Positions 1 through 15,428 are shown, numbered from the stretch's first letter. The stretch is DNA of 64,000 nt from Neocallimastix sp. 'constans' (GCA_050613775.1 JBODTK010000109.1:248001-312000); one strand, 5' to 3'. The notes: generated by a model from the letters alone, not told the origin. Program-made: numbers and translations.

Positions 1-1641
1 CTTCTAAGCTTGTATATTTTCGTAATACATTTTGTCTTAGTTCCCTCATACTTTCATTACTTTTATATAGTGGCAATTCATTATAACTTGAAGTTAATCT
101 ATTTTTAGGTTGATTAAAACTTTCTCCATCACTTGAATATACTGATACTTGATTAGATATAGAAACTGAACGGCTTCTTGAAAGTGATCGATTTCTTGAA
201 AGAACACTAGAAGATCTTTGTGGCATACCATTTGACATATCATTTTCGTTTTCCAATTGTGTCTTTGAATTTTTTAAATTTATTTTTTTAGGACTTAAAG
301 GTCTTGGATAGGTAGGTACTATTGATGAATTTGAACCTCTCATCTTTGAATATTTTGAAATATCTTTATTTTCTTCGTTTTCTTTATTTTCTTTAATATC
401 ATTTCTACTACTAGTATGGGATTTAAGGGATGATTGATCTTTAGATGATGAATAATCTCTTACTTTATCTTTTAAACGTTTTTCGCGATGTCTTTGATTA
501 ATACTTAAACTGTTTAATGAAGCTGAATCATTTTCATTCTCTAATTTTGTTTTATTAGTTTTCTTTTTTTCATTTCTAGTTTTTTTTATAGAAATATTTT
601 CTTTATCACTATTTTCATTCAAATAACTTTTATTTTTTGAATTTTGATGGTTACTACTTCTAGAATGATCATGTTTACTTTTTTTACTTATTTTTGATAA
701 TTCATCATTGTCCTTTTTATGTCGTCCACTACTATTTTTATGTTTTCCTTTATCTTCAGTATTATTTATATCAGGATTATCTTTATCATAATATCTTTCA
801 TTTGGAGATAATTTTTCTTTTGTTATATTAAATTTATCATCGCTTCTATTATGACTAGAGCTATGATTATGATTATTACTATGATGATGTTTTGAATTGT
901 TATCTCCTCTTTCTCTTTTAGGATGACTTGATGATGATCTTTCTGAAGGAGTATTTAAATATTTATATGAATGAGAGGGCAATCTAGTATTTTTATCTAC
1001 TCCTTCACTTTTAATAGATAATATTAATGATCTAGAATCTTTTTTTGATGATAAAGAAATTGTAGAATTCTTTAATAAATTATCATTATGATTATTTATT
1101 GAATTAGATTTATGATGATGATGATGATGATAATGATTTCCTGAAGGTGAGGCATTTTCTAATAAAACACTTTTAACGTTATATCTTATTTTTATTTTTG
1201 GATTTTCAGACTTATATTATATATACATACATAATATATATATATATGAATTATATATTAATATTAATTATTACGCAACATTAATTTTCATTATAATAAT
1301 TTATATATTTATATTAATAAACTTTTTTACACTTCATCATTACTCACACTTTGAGGCCTATTACCCACAGGTTTACGAGTTAATGATCTTGATCTTCTTA
1401 TTTCATCATAATATTCTGAATTATTATCATTTACCCTTTCCGTTACTGAAAAATCCCTTTATATATAAATATTATATATTTATCAATGTTTTAATGATAT
1501 TAATATATATGATAGATGATAGATATTATAAAAATAATACACATTACTTTAAATTTTAAATAAAATATATCATCAAATTATATTCCTTATTTCTTATTTT
1601 ACATTAATCTTACTATACCTTATGTCATTATATTTTGACAT
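1..1641 (-). CDS. 5' part of a spliced gene encoding a Ser/Lys/His-rich low-complexity protein of unknown function; runs off the window start
   Basis: ATG at 1641. Exons ~1641-1619, 1456-1333 and 1210-<1 have GT-AG introns in consistent phase (MSKYNDIR..., SENPKIK...HYHHHHH...MRELRQNVLRKYTSLE). No family recognised. Confidence 0.6.
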
Positions 1642-2822
1642 GCTTATTACTTCTATATTTTTTAATTTAAAATAAATTAAATTTTTATATATATATATAT
1701 ATATATTTTTTTTTTTTTTATCTACTCCTATTTATTTTTTGTTTTTTTATTCTACTTGTTTTTAAATATTCTAATAAATATTATTAAGTTCTTGTCAAAT
1801 TTATTTTTAAATAGCTCGTACTTATTTATATGTCAATTTAATATATTTATATTTATAAATTGTTATTATAATTTATTTTATTTAATATTATATATTATAA
1901 CGTTTTATTTAAATTTTAATATTTGTCAATTATTTAGTTAGAATCTATTAAGATATAAAAATATTAATTGTTATTATATCAAATATAGAATAAATAAGTA
2001 AATTATTTTAAATATATAATAATGATAAATATACAACAAAAAAATGCTGCTCGTTAATGGATTATTAAATTATAATTTAAATAATATAAAGATTATTGAT
2101 ATTAATACGAATTTTATTAATTTTTATTTGTTTCTTTTTAAATTTATTGTTAAATAATTGGTGTAAAGAAAAAAGTGTTTACTTTTACTTTCTTATTTAA
2201 TAATTAAACTTTTTAAAATTACAAAAAAAAAAATTAATTATTAATTAATATTTAACAACTTTATATATTTAATTAAAATTTGTTAAAAAATTATTAATAT
2301 ATAAAAGAATTTTTTCTTTTTAAATAAAATTAAATTAAATATATATTATTCCATAAAAAAATTTTTTCTAACAATTCATAATTTAAAAAAATGTATATTT
2401 AATACTCATTATTATATATATTTGTTCCCAATTTCATAAATATTAAGTAATAAAATTAATTTATAAAAGGGTTATGTAATATCTATATAAAATTTTTCGG
2501 AGTTCATGTAAATGAAAAATATTTTTTATTATATTATATTTGTAAATAATAAAATTAAATAATTCATATTAAATATTGTAAATATTGTTATATATAATTT
2601 TAAATAGATATATAAATAATTGAGCATTTAAAGCTTTTCTTATTTCTTATAAATATTAAACTATAAATATTAAACTAAAGATTTTATACATGTATTATTA
2701 AAGATAGATAAATCAAATAAATCTATATTTTTGTATTATTTCGTGTTATTTGTTCTAGTTATTATTTTTTATTTTTTTCAAAATTTCTTCCTTTTTAAAT
2801 TTCATTGTTTCATATAAAATTT

Positions 2823-5680
2823 TTATAAACCACCAGGTAATGTACCAATGTTCATACCCCAATTACCAAGTTCTTCTACGTTAACTTCTTCATTTTCATT
2901 ATCATTAGTATCATCAAAGTTGATATCCCCATCAAGATCAGTCATGTTCATATCAACATTTCCATTTAGATTATGGAACTTTATGAATTTCCTTTCTTCT
3001 CTTTTCATCTTCTTTTGTATACGCTTTAAGTCTCTATTGGTTTGTGGATTAATTAATGATTCTTCTGTTATTTTTGGTTTTTCAACAATATCTAATTTTG
3101 GTCCCTTCTTTTTCATATTAATACGAATTTCTGGAACTGCATCTGATTCATTCATATTACTATCTTCATCCATACTATCCTTATTAACTTGTTCTGGCAT
3201 AATAACACTTACTGAATTATTATTATTAAGGCTACATTAAAAATAATGATTTTATTAAATATTAAATTTACATTTTTTTTTTTTTTTTTTTTTTTTTGAA
3301 ATAATATATATATATTATTAGTATTTATAATATAAAATATATAATTATAACAAAAATTTTATTTTATAAATAAATATTATACCTATCGTCATTCATCATA
3401 TCATCATCATTAGATTCCCCAAAGTTAAAACCTGGAATAACAAATTCCTTACTAAAACCTTGAACAATGCTTGATGAAACGTGGACATCTTTTCTAACTG
3501 GAGGAATAGTATAATATGGTATTTTTCCATTATTCCAATCTTGGATAACCGATCTAGCGGTTGATTCAATATCTGGAATGCCTCCCTATTTTATTTTTAT
3601 TAAAAAAATAAAAAATAAAATATAATAAAATAAAATAAAATAAAAAATTATAATTAATAATTAAATATAAAACAAAGGCTTATATATTGATTTAATCTTC
3701 ATATAATATATTTTAATAAATTCTAATATTCACTCTCTTTAATTTTCCTCTTGAAGCTGCTAATTTCAATAAAAAGTCATGTGATGACTCAAAACTTGGG
3801 ATATCATATAATTGCATTAATTGTTCTGTTTGACATCTAGAAACAATAACTTCCACTATTATAAAGGATAATTATATTATATGATTAATATTTTTATTTC
3901 ATATTACTATATTATATTTAATATATATCCTAAATATCTACCAGGTGTAACTGGATCATCAAGCAATTCAACTTTAACACAATTTCTAAGTAAAACTTCA
4001 GCTGCATTACTACCATCTTTTTTTGCTTGAGTAAAAACGATACCCGGACAATCTAAAAGTTTAATATTTTTATCTAAATGAATTTGTTGAGCATTCTTTG
4101 TAACACCAGGAGTAGAACCAACATTGCAAACTTTTGATCTCTTTAATGAATTAATAACACTTGATTTACCAACATTTGGAAAACCAATAACACCAACAGT
4201 AATAGATGTCTTAATATTAGCATTTCTACAATAATTTTTTAATAATTTAATTAAATTATCAGCACCAATACATTCACTACTATTAAGCATACTGTCTGAA
4301 GCAGCCTCAGCTGATACATTTAATTGACCAAGATTAGAACGTTGATTTTGTGTTGAGGCTTTAAAAGCAATAGTTGGATATTCATTTCTTAAATATTTGA
4401 GCCAATCATTAACAACATCTTTTGGAACTAAATCTATTTTTATATGTATTACCATATTAAAAACATCGTATTTAATATGTTACATTTATAAATTTATATA
4501 TATTTATATAATTTTTAACAAATTTAATTATTTATTTATTTATTATTATTACTATTTTTTTTTATAAATTATTTACTATATAAATATAACATAATATTAT
4601 TAGAAAATAGTTAACTTACCAATTTTATTTAAAATTAATATAATTTTTTTATCAACACCACTTTCTAAAATATCTTGTTCAATTCTCTTAGTACGACATC
4701 CTAATGGATCACGAGCATCTAAAACTTCTAATACAACATCAGCATTATCCAATACCTTTTTAAATTCTTTGAAATAAGCTTTTCTAGAATTATCTTTTTG
4801 ACCAGTAGCAGCACCTTCAACAGCATATGAACCTTCGAAATTATCTGAAATGTTAACTTGATTATTATTAAATTCACGGCTACGAGCATCAGCATCTCTA
4901 GCTAAAGCAGAAAGATCACCAATATTAAATGTTCTATTTTTATTTTGTAATACATTTCTGGCAGATCTTTGTCTATCTCTTTCATTCTTTAACTATTAAT
5001 ATTTTATATTCAAATAAATATATAATAATAAAATTAATATAAATTACATATCATAAAAAAAATATTGGGAAAAAAATATTATAATAGTTAAAATATTTAC
5101 ATATATATTTAATTATTATATTAATTAAAATGGTAAATATAAAAATATTTACTTTTATTATAAAATAAATAATTATAAATATTTACCTTTTTATCCATTC
5201 TAGCTTTAACACCAGCTAAATTTGGTAATCCTGGATCTTTTTTTAAAGATCCTTTAAATTTAATAATTAAATATTATATATATTATTATTACATTTATTA
5301 CATACATTAATAATTTCTTCTCATATAATCGATATATAATGTTATAAATAAATTAAGTTTATACTTTGACTATTTAAAGGATTATTTCTTTTTCCTTTTC
5401 TGTCATCTCTACTATTTTGTCCCTCTATTATAATAATTTATATATTTAATATTTGTATATATATATATATAATAATTAATACTTATTTATTATTTTTCAA
5501 TGTTATTTTATTTTTTTTTTTTTTTTTATTTTTATTTATTTTATTCTATTATTAATATTATATCATCGAAAATCCAAATATTTTTAATTTAATTATTAAT
5601 AATTATTTCTGTATAAAATTTCATGATTAATATTTTATTTTAAGCTCAATAAATATTAAATTATTACTCTTCTTAGCCAT
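2823..5680 (-). CDS. NUG1: Nucleolar circularly permuted GTPase (Nug1/Grn1/GNL3 family), about 8 exons
   Basis: MAKK start at 5680; KKDPGLPNL motif; [17 protein letters not shown]4 ILNKIDLVP (split by an intron); G1 [10 protein letters not shown]3 DCPG; acidic C-terminus in ORF 2823-3200. Confidence 0.9.
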
Positions 5681-5933
5681 TTTAAAGTATTTGGTATATG
5701 AATAATTTTTAAAAAATATAATATAATTAATATATAATTTTTATTTAATTTTTATTTAACAATATATATTTCTAATTCTATATATAAAAATTAAGGTATA
5801 ATAAAAGGTTTTATATTTTATAAAATCCTAATTTTAGAGATTTATCATTAAAATATATAATAATAAATACAAAACAATAAAACAAATAAAAAATATATAT
5901 ATATATATGAATTTTATTTACTATTATTAATAC

Positions 5934-5970
<37 letters not shown>

Positions 5971-6389
5971 CATTTCTTGAATATTATTGGTCAATTTAAT
6001 TACTATTTCAAATAATATTATGATTTTTAATATATTTCAATTTATTAAGCAATAATCTTAATTACATTGGAATAATATATTAATTAATTAAAAAAAATTT
6101 TAAAAAGTTTAAATTTTAAAATTTACTACAATAAAAGGTTAGAAATTAATAACATATTTATTTATTTATCTAATTATTTATATATTCATCCATTTATTAT
6201 TATCATATTTCTTTCTTTTTTGTTTTTCTTTATTTCAATTTTCAAATAACTTCTTTTTTTTTTTTTTAAAGCTTTAATCATTCTTAATTTTAATTTAATT
6301 TTATTAATAAGTGAAAAAAAATTTTAACAGCGTAAATTTAGTTTATAATATTACTTCATAAATCCTTTTAATTTATTCTGATAGAGAAT

Positions 6390-6790
6390 TTTTTTTTTAG
6401 TTCTAATATTTACCGCCCTTATTCTCAAGAGCATGGGAATATAAAGGCAATCATAACACTTTTGTATGCTTTCGTATAAGAGGATATTGTCCCTTATGGA
6501 CGGCCCTACTGAGTGTTAAGCGTTGTGGCTCTGACATGTATATTATTTGTGAGAATTTTCTAGTACGCTTTTTCTCGGAGTGCTTCTCCAGTATAACTTA
6601 ACCCAATAAGATACGAACAGCTCCCTGGATATTGCATATGAGTCAGAAAGATTGCTTTTTAGTAGAATGTATCTACATTACTTTAGTGGAATATACTTAC
6701 ATAGACACATAATATGTACTCATATGCTAATTCTTTCGTAAAATGTATTAAATGATTGTACTTTCGTAACCTTCTCAGGCCTACAGTTAA
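6390..6790. other. GC-elevated, hairpin-rich non-coding island of unknown origin
   Basis: Abrupt GC rise in AT-rich DNA; 10-bp inverted repeat 6634-6643/6718-6727; CTTTCGTA three times; T-run at the left edge. Confidence 0.4.
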
Positions 6791-6859
6791 GATGGTATCT
6801 TTTCTTTATTACTTAGGAAATTAGGAAAAATATATATATATATAATGGGGAAATACTTA

Positions 6860-8074
6860 CCTGTAACCTTAATTTTTGTATAGCTATTGCTGCAATACAA
6901 AAATGGAATATGAAACAACTATACATAAAAGCTTCATATTTAAATATAGATTTAGATGAAAAAATATATATTAATATTCCTCCTGAAGGTGTTTACTACA
7001 ATAAATGTAAAATATGGCTTTTAAATAAAGTTTTATATGGACTAAAAGAATTTGGAAGAGCATGGAATAAAAAAATTTCTTCATTATTAGAAAGTACTAA
7101 TATGAAATAATATATAGAAAGAATATTAAAAAATATAATATGAATAAAAAGTAGAATCTTAAAATAACCATGTAGAAGAATTCCAAACCATGAAAGAATA
7201 AATTCAGAAAAAAAAAAAAGATGTAAATAAATATCAATCTTTTTTAGGCTTATTAATATATATTTCAGTAAGATCTAGACCAGAAATTGATTATGCTGTT
7301 AATCAAGCATCAAGGCACAATGAAAGCCAACATTGGTAGATTATAATTCTTTACTAATGATGTTACAATACTTAAAAACTGTAAAGCATAAATCAATTCA
7401 TTATAAAGGGGAAAATAAATTAATTGGTCATTCAGATGCAGATTATGCAAATGATGAAGATATAAAAATATCTACAATTGGATACATATTTTTATTAGGA
7501 AAAAGTCCAATAATTTGGAAATCACAAATTCAAAAGATTGTTACTCTTTTAACTGCTGAAGCTGAATTTATTAGTTTAACAGAATGCCCTAAACAAAGAA
7601 TATGATTAAAGAATCTAATTGAAGAAATTACTAAACATAAATTAAAAATTAAAATTAATGATGATAATAAAGTTTATTTATCAATACAAAAGGTAGATGT
7701 GAACATATAAATGTTAAATATAAATTTATTCAAGAAGAAATATAAAAGAAAGTAAAATTAAATTAAAATATGTTATATCTGAAAATATGATTGCTGATCC
7801 TTTAACAAAACCAATTACTGGTAAAAATATGGAAAGATTTAATAATTTTATATTTTGCCTAATTTTATTGAGCTAGATAAAAAATGTTAATTAATGTCAT
7901 AATGTAGGGGGAATGTTAAGTTATATAATAATTAAGATTATATAGACATTATGCTTTATAAATTTTGATATAAATTACATCTAATAATAAATTTTTGAAT
8001 AAGCGATTCTACTTAAATATATAAAAATATAATAAATAATATAAATAAAATACATATCTGATTGAGCTAGTTAT

Positions 8075-8078
<4 letters not shown>
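6860..8078 (+). mobile_element. Decayed Ty1/copia 3' remnant (RT-RNase H pseudogene, PPT, ~165-bp 3' LTR)
   Basis: IKASYLN, LNKVLYGLKEFGRAW, HSDADYA, TAEAEFISL and ADPLTKP motifs with stops and frameshifts; PPT AGGGGGAA followed by LTR TGTTA...TAACA at 7914-8078. Confidence 0.85.
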
Positions 8079-8129
<51 letters not shown>

Positions 8130-8180
8130 AAAAAAAGAAAAAAACTAAATTTATTATTGGATAAAATAAAATAGAATAAA

Positions 8181-8760
8181 TAGTAGAATATTAAATATAA
8201 AGTACAGATTGAATAAAATAAAATAAATAGTAGAATATTAAATATAAAGTACAGATTGAATAAAATAAAATAAATAGTAGAATATTAAATATAAAGTACA
8301 GATTGAATAAAATAAAATAAATAGTAGAATATTAAATATAAAGTAAAGATTGAATAAAATAAAATAAAATAAAATAAAATAAATAGTAGAATATTAAATA
8401 TAAAGTACAGATTGAATAAAATAAAATAAATAGTAGAATATTAAATATAAAGTAAAGATTGAATAAAATAAAATAAAATAAAATAAAATAAATAGTAGAA
8501 TATTAAATATATAGTACAGATTGAATAAAATAAAATAAAATAAAATAAATAGTAGAATATTAAATATAAAGTACAGATTGAATAAAATAAAATAAAATAA
8601 AATAAATAGTAGAATATTAAATATAAAGTACAGATTGAATAAAATAAAATAAAATAAAATAAATAGTAGAATATTAAATATAAAGTACAGATTGAATAAA
8701 ATAAAATAAAATAAAATAAAATAAAATAAAATAAAATAAAATAAAATAAAATAAAAAATA
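8181..8760 (+). repeat. Minisatellite, 10 copies of TAGTAGAATATTAAATATAAAGTACAGATTGA plus a variable (ATAAA)n spacer
   Basis: Units start at 8181, 8228, 8275, 8322, 8384, 8431, 8493, 8550, 8607 and 8664 (periods 47, 57 or 62 bp), ending in pure (AAAAT)n. Confidence 0.9.
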
Positions 8761-8803
8761 AAAATATTAATTGTAATAATATGAAACTAATAAAATATTA
8801 AAT

Positions 8804-8875
<72 letters not shown>

Positions 8876-9324
8876 AATTTATATATTTTCTTTATAATAC
8901 TTATCATTTTAGTTTCATATATAATTATTAAATATTATGATTTATGATTATGATTTTATTTGTAACAATTCATTTTACAAAAATATAAAATCAATGTTTG
9001 AATTGTACCACATTTAACTTATTATATCATTTTTTTTTTATTTATTTATTTATTTTTTATTGTTATAAAATTTATTTTATTATTATTGTTATATAATAAT
9101 TTATTATTGCTTTTCGATTTATTAGTTTTTTATTTTTTTATTTTTTTTTTATTTTTTACTTATTATTATTATTATAATTATTTAATGAAGATTCTATTAT
9201 ATTTTAGTTATTTTATTATTATTGTTGTTGCTGTGGTTGTTATTTTTTCTTTCATTAATTTAAATATTTGTTCTTAATAAATATAGAGTGGAAAAAAATA
9301 CAAATAAGAAAAATTGTTAAATGT

Positions 9325-12300
9325 TTAAACAGATATTTTTGAAAATATAGTTACTAATTCTTTATTTTCACCATTTTTAGATGATTTTTCTTTAAGTTCT
9401 TTAGCTTTTTGATTGCATTGCTCCATAATTTCTTTAATTTGGGAAGATTGAAAATCATCTCTTTTGTGTAAAATATTTTCAATGAAATTTAATGGTACAT
9501 CAGGAAATTCTTTCAAAAGATCATAAAAATCTACATATATACTAGTTAAACTACTGGTAATTAAAGAAACAAATACACGAATTGGTCTAAAGGATTCAGT
9601 AACTCGTTTTGCTGAACGATAATTAGTAAAGAATTCTTCTGAATGTTTTAAATCAGTTTCAATTTTATCTATACAGATTGGCATTTTTAATTTTGCATTT
9701 CGATTTGGAAAAGATTCAAAATAGGAAATAATAAAACGCTCATTTAAATCAGTAATAAATTTAGTAAAAAGATATTCTTGGAAGTATTCTTGAAAATCAC
9801 TACAATAATCCATGAGTGTACAAATAATAATATCCATTTGAGATTCACCATCAGAGTACCATACTGGTGTAAATAATTGTGAAAAAGCTGATTTAACATC
9901 TAATATAATAATTTCAATTAAGAAATAACTACAACGCTTTGACATATTCATAAATTCTTTTTGTACTTCATTTAACTCCTTATTAATTTTTTCCATTTCT
10001 TCCTCATCAAAAATTGGTTGAACCTCTTTATTAATTTCTTCTGTATATTCAGAACACCATAAACAATCATTTGCTAAGGCAATTAAATATTCCGGTAACC
10101 CTTTTGGACTCGTTTCAGGTGAATTTACATAGAATTGATATTCTTTATCTACATTATCTTTCCAACCTTTCAAAAATATTTGAATATTGGATTTACATTC
10201 CAAAACAATTTTATAAGCTAATTCACTACGATTTGAGGATTTTGCTAGATTAATTTGCTGATTAATAATTTGGAATAAAATAACTGATAATGATAGATGA
10301 TAATTACCATTAGGATTAACTTCTGGAGGTTCTTTTCTTTCACTAAACCGTTTGATACCAGACCTCATAATATTAGATACCCATTCTTGAGATTTCTGAT
10401 GATTTAATGTAAGATAATCATTAATTAATTTTTCTTCCTTACCATTTAAAAGTTTTGGTTCTAAAGAGTCTTCTGAAAAACCTAAACGGACATTCATATC
10501 AGAATAATAATCTTGTACCCAACGTAAAATGGTTAAAATTGCACCTGGATCTGATACATCTGCTATGATTTTATCCATAACTGCTTTAATATGACGATGA
10601 TATTCTAATATGAAATAATTAAAGATTGCGTAACTTTTTGGAAACCTTGGAATGAATTCATCATGAATCATTGTCAAATCATCAATAATGAATCCTGTTC
10701 GATCTAAAATCTCTACAGTTGCTTCTTCTCCTTCTTCACCTTTAAATTTTAATTGATCGCCAAATCTTTCATTTACTGCTTTACTTACAATATTAAAAAA
10801 TTTTTCTCTATAACTACTAGGATTATGTAAAATTTTTGATTTTTGATTTTTAAGACGTTCATCAACTTTTTCTTCTGCTTCAATGATTTTTAAAATATAT
10901 ATAATAGAATTTACATCTGTATTCATTAATACATCATAAATATTATTTATTAAGGACCAAAGATAAGACTCAAATTCCTCAATAAAACGATTGAGCGCTG
11001 AAAAATTATTGACAAGCGTTAAACGTTCATCTGAAGTTAATGCTTGCGCTTTAAACATAATTCTTTCTTGAAATAATTTTAATTCTAAAAGTCTGTAATG
11101 AATAACTAAAAGAATTTTTGAAGCATATTTTGAATTTTCTTTTTCCTTTGTTAAAAGTGATTGTAAATTTTCTAATTTTTCACCAAGACTAAAAAAACTA
11201 TTTACAATTTCTTTAGTGTGAATAAAATTACTTCTTGCTTTAGATAACTGTTATTATAGATTAAAATTTAATTATAATTTGTTTTATATAAATATGTATA
11301 TATTAATATATTAAAGATGTAATTAAATAAATTAAAAAGAACAAATATATAATATATAATATACAATTTTATATAAATTTATATTTCAAAAATATATATA
11401 AGATACTTTTTTAATTTCAGGAAAGTTATTTATCATATTCTGACTATCAATACATAATGAATCTATTGCTTCTAAATTATTTTTTATGGTAGCTGTTTCT
11501 CTTTTTGATTCATCAAGAATTTCTAGACCTCGCTGAGAATCATCTAATTGTGATTGTACCAATGATTTCAATTGAGCATCAATAGATGCTTTTTCAAAAT
11601 ATATTTTTTGACGAGTTCTTGATAATTTTGTGTTAAGATCATCAGGATGTTTTAAACTATTGTTAAATAAAAGTGAAACATTTCAATATAATATATTGAT
11701 ATTATATATAATAAATATTAGTGTTAAATCTATGAATATTATTATTTGTTATAAATTTTGAAAATTTTAAAACAAAAATCTAAAATCATATAAAATTTAA
11801 ATTATATTCATTTTAATATATTATATATATATATTTTTTTATTTTAATGATTCATTATTATTGCTTATATAATATTGCTTAGTTATTTTTTTTATTAATA
11901 TTAAATCTTTTTTTTTATTTAAATTCTATGTGATGTGATTTCAATTTATTAAATATATTACTGGATAAATTTCCATTTTAATACTTTCTAATAAATAATA
12001 GTAATAAAATTTTTATTTTTATTTTTATTAAATTATGAATTATAAATAAAATTTATTGACATATTTAGGATTTTCGAATTTATATTTTTAAAAATGAAGT
12101 AATAAAAATAATAATTATTAAAATTTCATTATTTCCCTTTATTTAATCCTTAATTCCTATTATAAAAAATGTTCAATTTATTCTATTGTTACTTCAAATT
12201 TTAAATTTATTTTAATTTTAAATATTAATATTATAATTTGTTTCTTTTCAAAGATATCTCAAAAAACTTGGTATTACATTTCGGAAATTCTTTTTAAGGC

Positions 12301-12357
12301 AGATTGCCTAGCTTTTACCATAATATTTGTTGTTTCTTTTTCTGATGGCAACGACAT
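9325..12357 (-). CDS. SEC6: Exocyst complex component Sec6/EXOC3, 3 exons
   Basis: Exons 12357-12278, 11656-11407 and 11247-9325 splice in frame. ILKHPDDL...KASIDAQLK N-terminus, EYLIALAND and LFTPVWY motifs are typical of Sec6. Confidence 0.88.
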
Positions 12358-13579
12358 TTTTATATTATATATATATAATTATTTTATATTATTATTAAAG
12401 ATATTATATATATTTTTCTGTATTTTATTTCTGTTTATGTTTTTATTTTTATATTTCTAAATTTTATGTAATTTTAATTTATTTCATTTTTTTTATAATT
12501 TAATTTAAATTTCTGAAATAGTTTCTTTATAAGTAATATTATATAAAAAAATATATTTAATTATGTATAATAAAACTATATATTTATATTTATTTTTTAA
12601 ACTTTTAAGAAATAAAAAATATAAATAAGTATTGTATATTAAAATTTTTTTAAAATTTCTTTAAATCAATTAATAATTAATAATATAATAAAGTTTAAAT
12701 AATATATTAATTTTAAGATTATAATTTATTTATTAACAATTTAATTTTTATTTAACTATTTAATAAATGTTAAGAATTATAAATTACAAGATATAAATTC
12801 TATATAAAGATATTAAGATATTATTTTATTTAAAATGTGCTAAGAAGATTTTTTCAAAACTGATAATAGTAAATTATTTTTTTTTATTCAGTTTATATAA
12901 TATTTTTTTAAAATATATAATGAAATATTTAAAGATGAGCATTTATAACAAATATAATTATTAATAAATAATTTAGAAATATTTTATAAACTAAATAATA
13001 TGATTATCATCAATATTACCATTAATAAAATAATTAAAATAATAATTTGTATTCCAAAAAATAAAAAAAAAATTAAAAAAGAAACTATCAATTTTTATAT
13101 GTTCTATTCTAATTAATTCTTAATATATATTTCTAACGTAATATGATTAAAATATATATTCAAGAGACTCATACAAATATAAATATAGCAAAATTAAAAC
13201 GTTTCAACATTATGAATTTATTTTTTCAAATGTTATTATAAATTTTCTCATTTATTTGTTGTATTATTTTATATGTTTATTGTTTTATTTTTATTTTTAT
13301 TTTTTTTTAATATTTCGTTTATTAATTTATTAAATGATTAATTAATTTTATTCTTATTTAATATTATTTTTTATAATAGTTTTGTTATTACTTGTAAATT
13401 ATATATATATTTATATATAATAAAATAAACAAATATATTTAAATATGTATTTATTATTATTTTTTTTTAAAAATATAATTTTATTATTATTATTATTTTT
13501 TATTAAAATTAATATTTGCTATTATATAAAGAATTGAATTTACTGATTAATTACAAAAAAAAAAAAAAAAAAAAAATAT

Positions 13580-14975
13580 TTATTCAATAGTGATTTCTCT
13601 GATTCCTTCCTTATCAACAACTTGGAAAACAAAATCACTAAAGTTTACAATAAAACGAACTTTTAACTCATTAACACATTTTTTCATTAAAGCTTTGGCC
13701 TCCTCTAAATTCATATCTGGACGATAATATCTATCTAGAGTTGAATTACAGAAATATTGACCGTAACCTTGAACAGCAAATGGTAATTTTTTTAAGGAAG
13801 CCAAATAGTCCATCCAATATAATTCAGGAACACCAGTTTCAGGATCACATCCAGCAATTAACAAATTAACTTGATATGGATGCTAATATATATATATATA
13901 ATTAGTTAGCATCATAATAATTTAATGAAGAAAAAATATTATATATTACTATTTACATAGAGTAGTAAAAATAAATTATTAAATTATAAAAAATATAACA
14001 ATAAATAACAAAATATTATAAATAATTAATATTTTTTTAGTATTTTTACGTATGTAAATTTCTTTGTTAGATTTCTATGTAATTGATCCAAATGAATTTT
14101 TTAATAAATTTTATTTTTTATTTTTTATTTTTTAATTTTTTATTTTTTTTTTAAACTTCATAACATTTATATTTGTCACTATTTTTTATAAATTGTTCCA
14201 AGCATTTTTTTTTTTTTTTTTTTTTTTAACTTTTTTTTCTGATGGTCTGTACATTTAATTTAATTTTTTATAACTTATACTATAAAAATTTTTTTCATTA
14301 TTATTTTATTATAATCAGGGTTAATATTAACTTATTTATCTTATTTATAAAAATATAATTATTATAATGAAAACATTTAGAAATATTATTTAAAATTAAT
14401 GTTTTTCACATTTCATTTATTTATAAAACTTTGCCTAAATTATTATTTGATTGAATAAATATAATCTTATAAGATATTTGGAATGATTTTACTAAATATA
14501 TTATTAATATTTATAATTTTATCATGAATGATATTATTAATTTTATATAATAAATTTTAAAAAATGTATTAACCATGTCATAATTCTATTTTATTTTATG
14601 AATTTTTATAAATAAGATTATACTTTCCTTTACAATATTCTCATAAATATTATTATTACAATGATTTTATATCATAAATTTTATACTTACTCTTGATCTT
14701 AGTGAATCAGCAAGTTCAACTCTTGTAAAGTTAGCAGCTGCTTTTGTAGATAAAGGATAACCTCTACGTATACCATTTAATTGAACATTACGTTGAATGA
14801 ACTCACAAAATTGAACTGTATCACCACCTTCACCTGAAAACATTAATAATACGTTGTTATTTAATTTTCTTGTCTTATTATGATTACGTTTCATAGTAAT
14901 AATTGAAGTAATAGCCAAAGCATCACTAGCAACTAAAACAAAATCCTTTCCTTGAATACCTAGAAGAACTTCCAT
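13580..14975 (-). CDS. PRE1: 20S proteasome subunit beta type-4 (Pre1/PSMB2), 2 exons
   Basis: Exons 14975-14691 and 13882-13580: [18 protein letters not shown]...[13 protein letters not shown]...[15 protein letters not shown]...LYWMDYLAS...VVDKEGIR. Confidence 0.93.
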
Positions 14976-15356
14976 CTTTAATTATTATTAATACTTCAAC
15001 TATTTTTAAAGGAATCTTTTTTTTTTTTTTTATTTTAGAAAGCAAAATTATTGCATATATTAAAGAGAACTATTGTTATTTGTTTTAATATTTATATAAA
15101 CTATAATAAAAATATAATATAAATATTAATTTTGATGATCAAAATATCAATACGTATTATTTATATTATTACTATTAATATTTTAATTATTTTTTATTAC
15201 TATTAATATTTTAATTATTTTTTATTACTATTAATATTATTTTGTTTTATATAATTAAAAAAAAATATTAAAAAAAAAATATAATATAAATTAATTTTAA
15301 ATTATCATAAAAAAATAATTATAAAATATTATAAATTTAAATATTAATGTTTAATA

Positions 15357-15428
<72 letters not shown>

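Noticed and set aside
1756..1941. Short hydrophobic F/I/L/Y-rich ORFs (also 9086, 34694, 42680, 63549)
   Set aside because: Compositional artefacts of T-rich intergenic or antisense DNA, several with non-ATG starts.
6730..6785. Hammerhead ribozyme, suggested by minus-strand CTGAGAAG...CGAAA
   Set aside because: Core does not fit CUGANGA and stems I/III are not evident.
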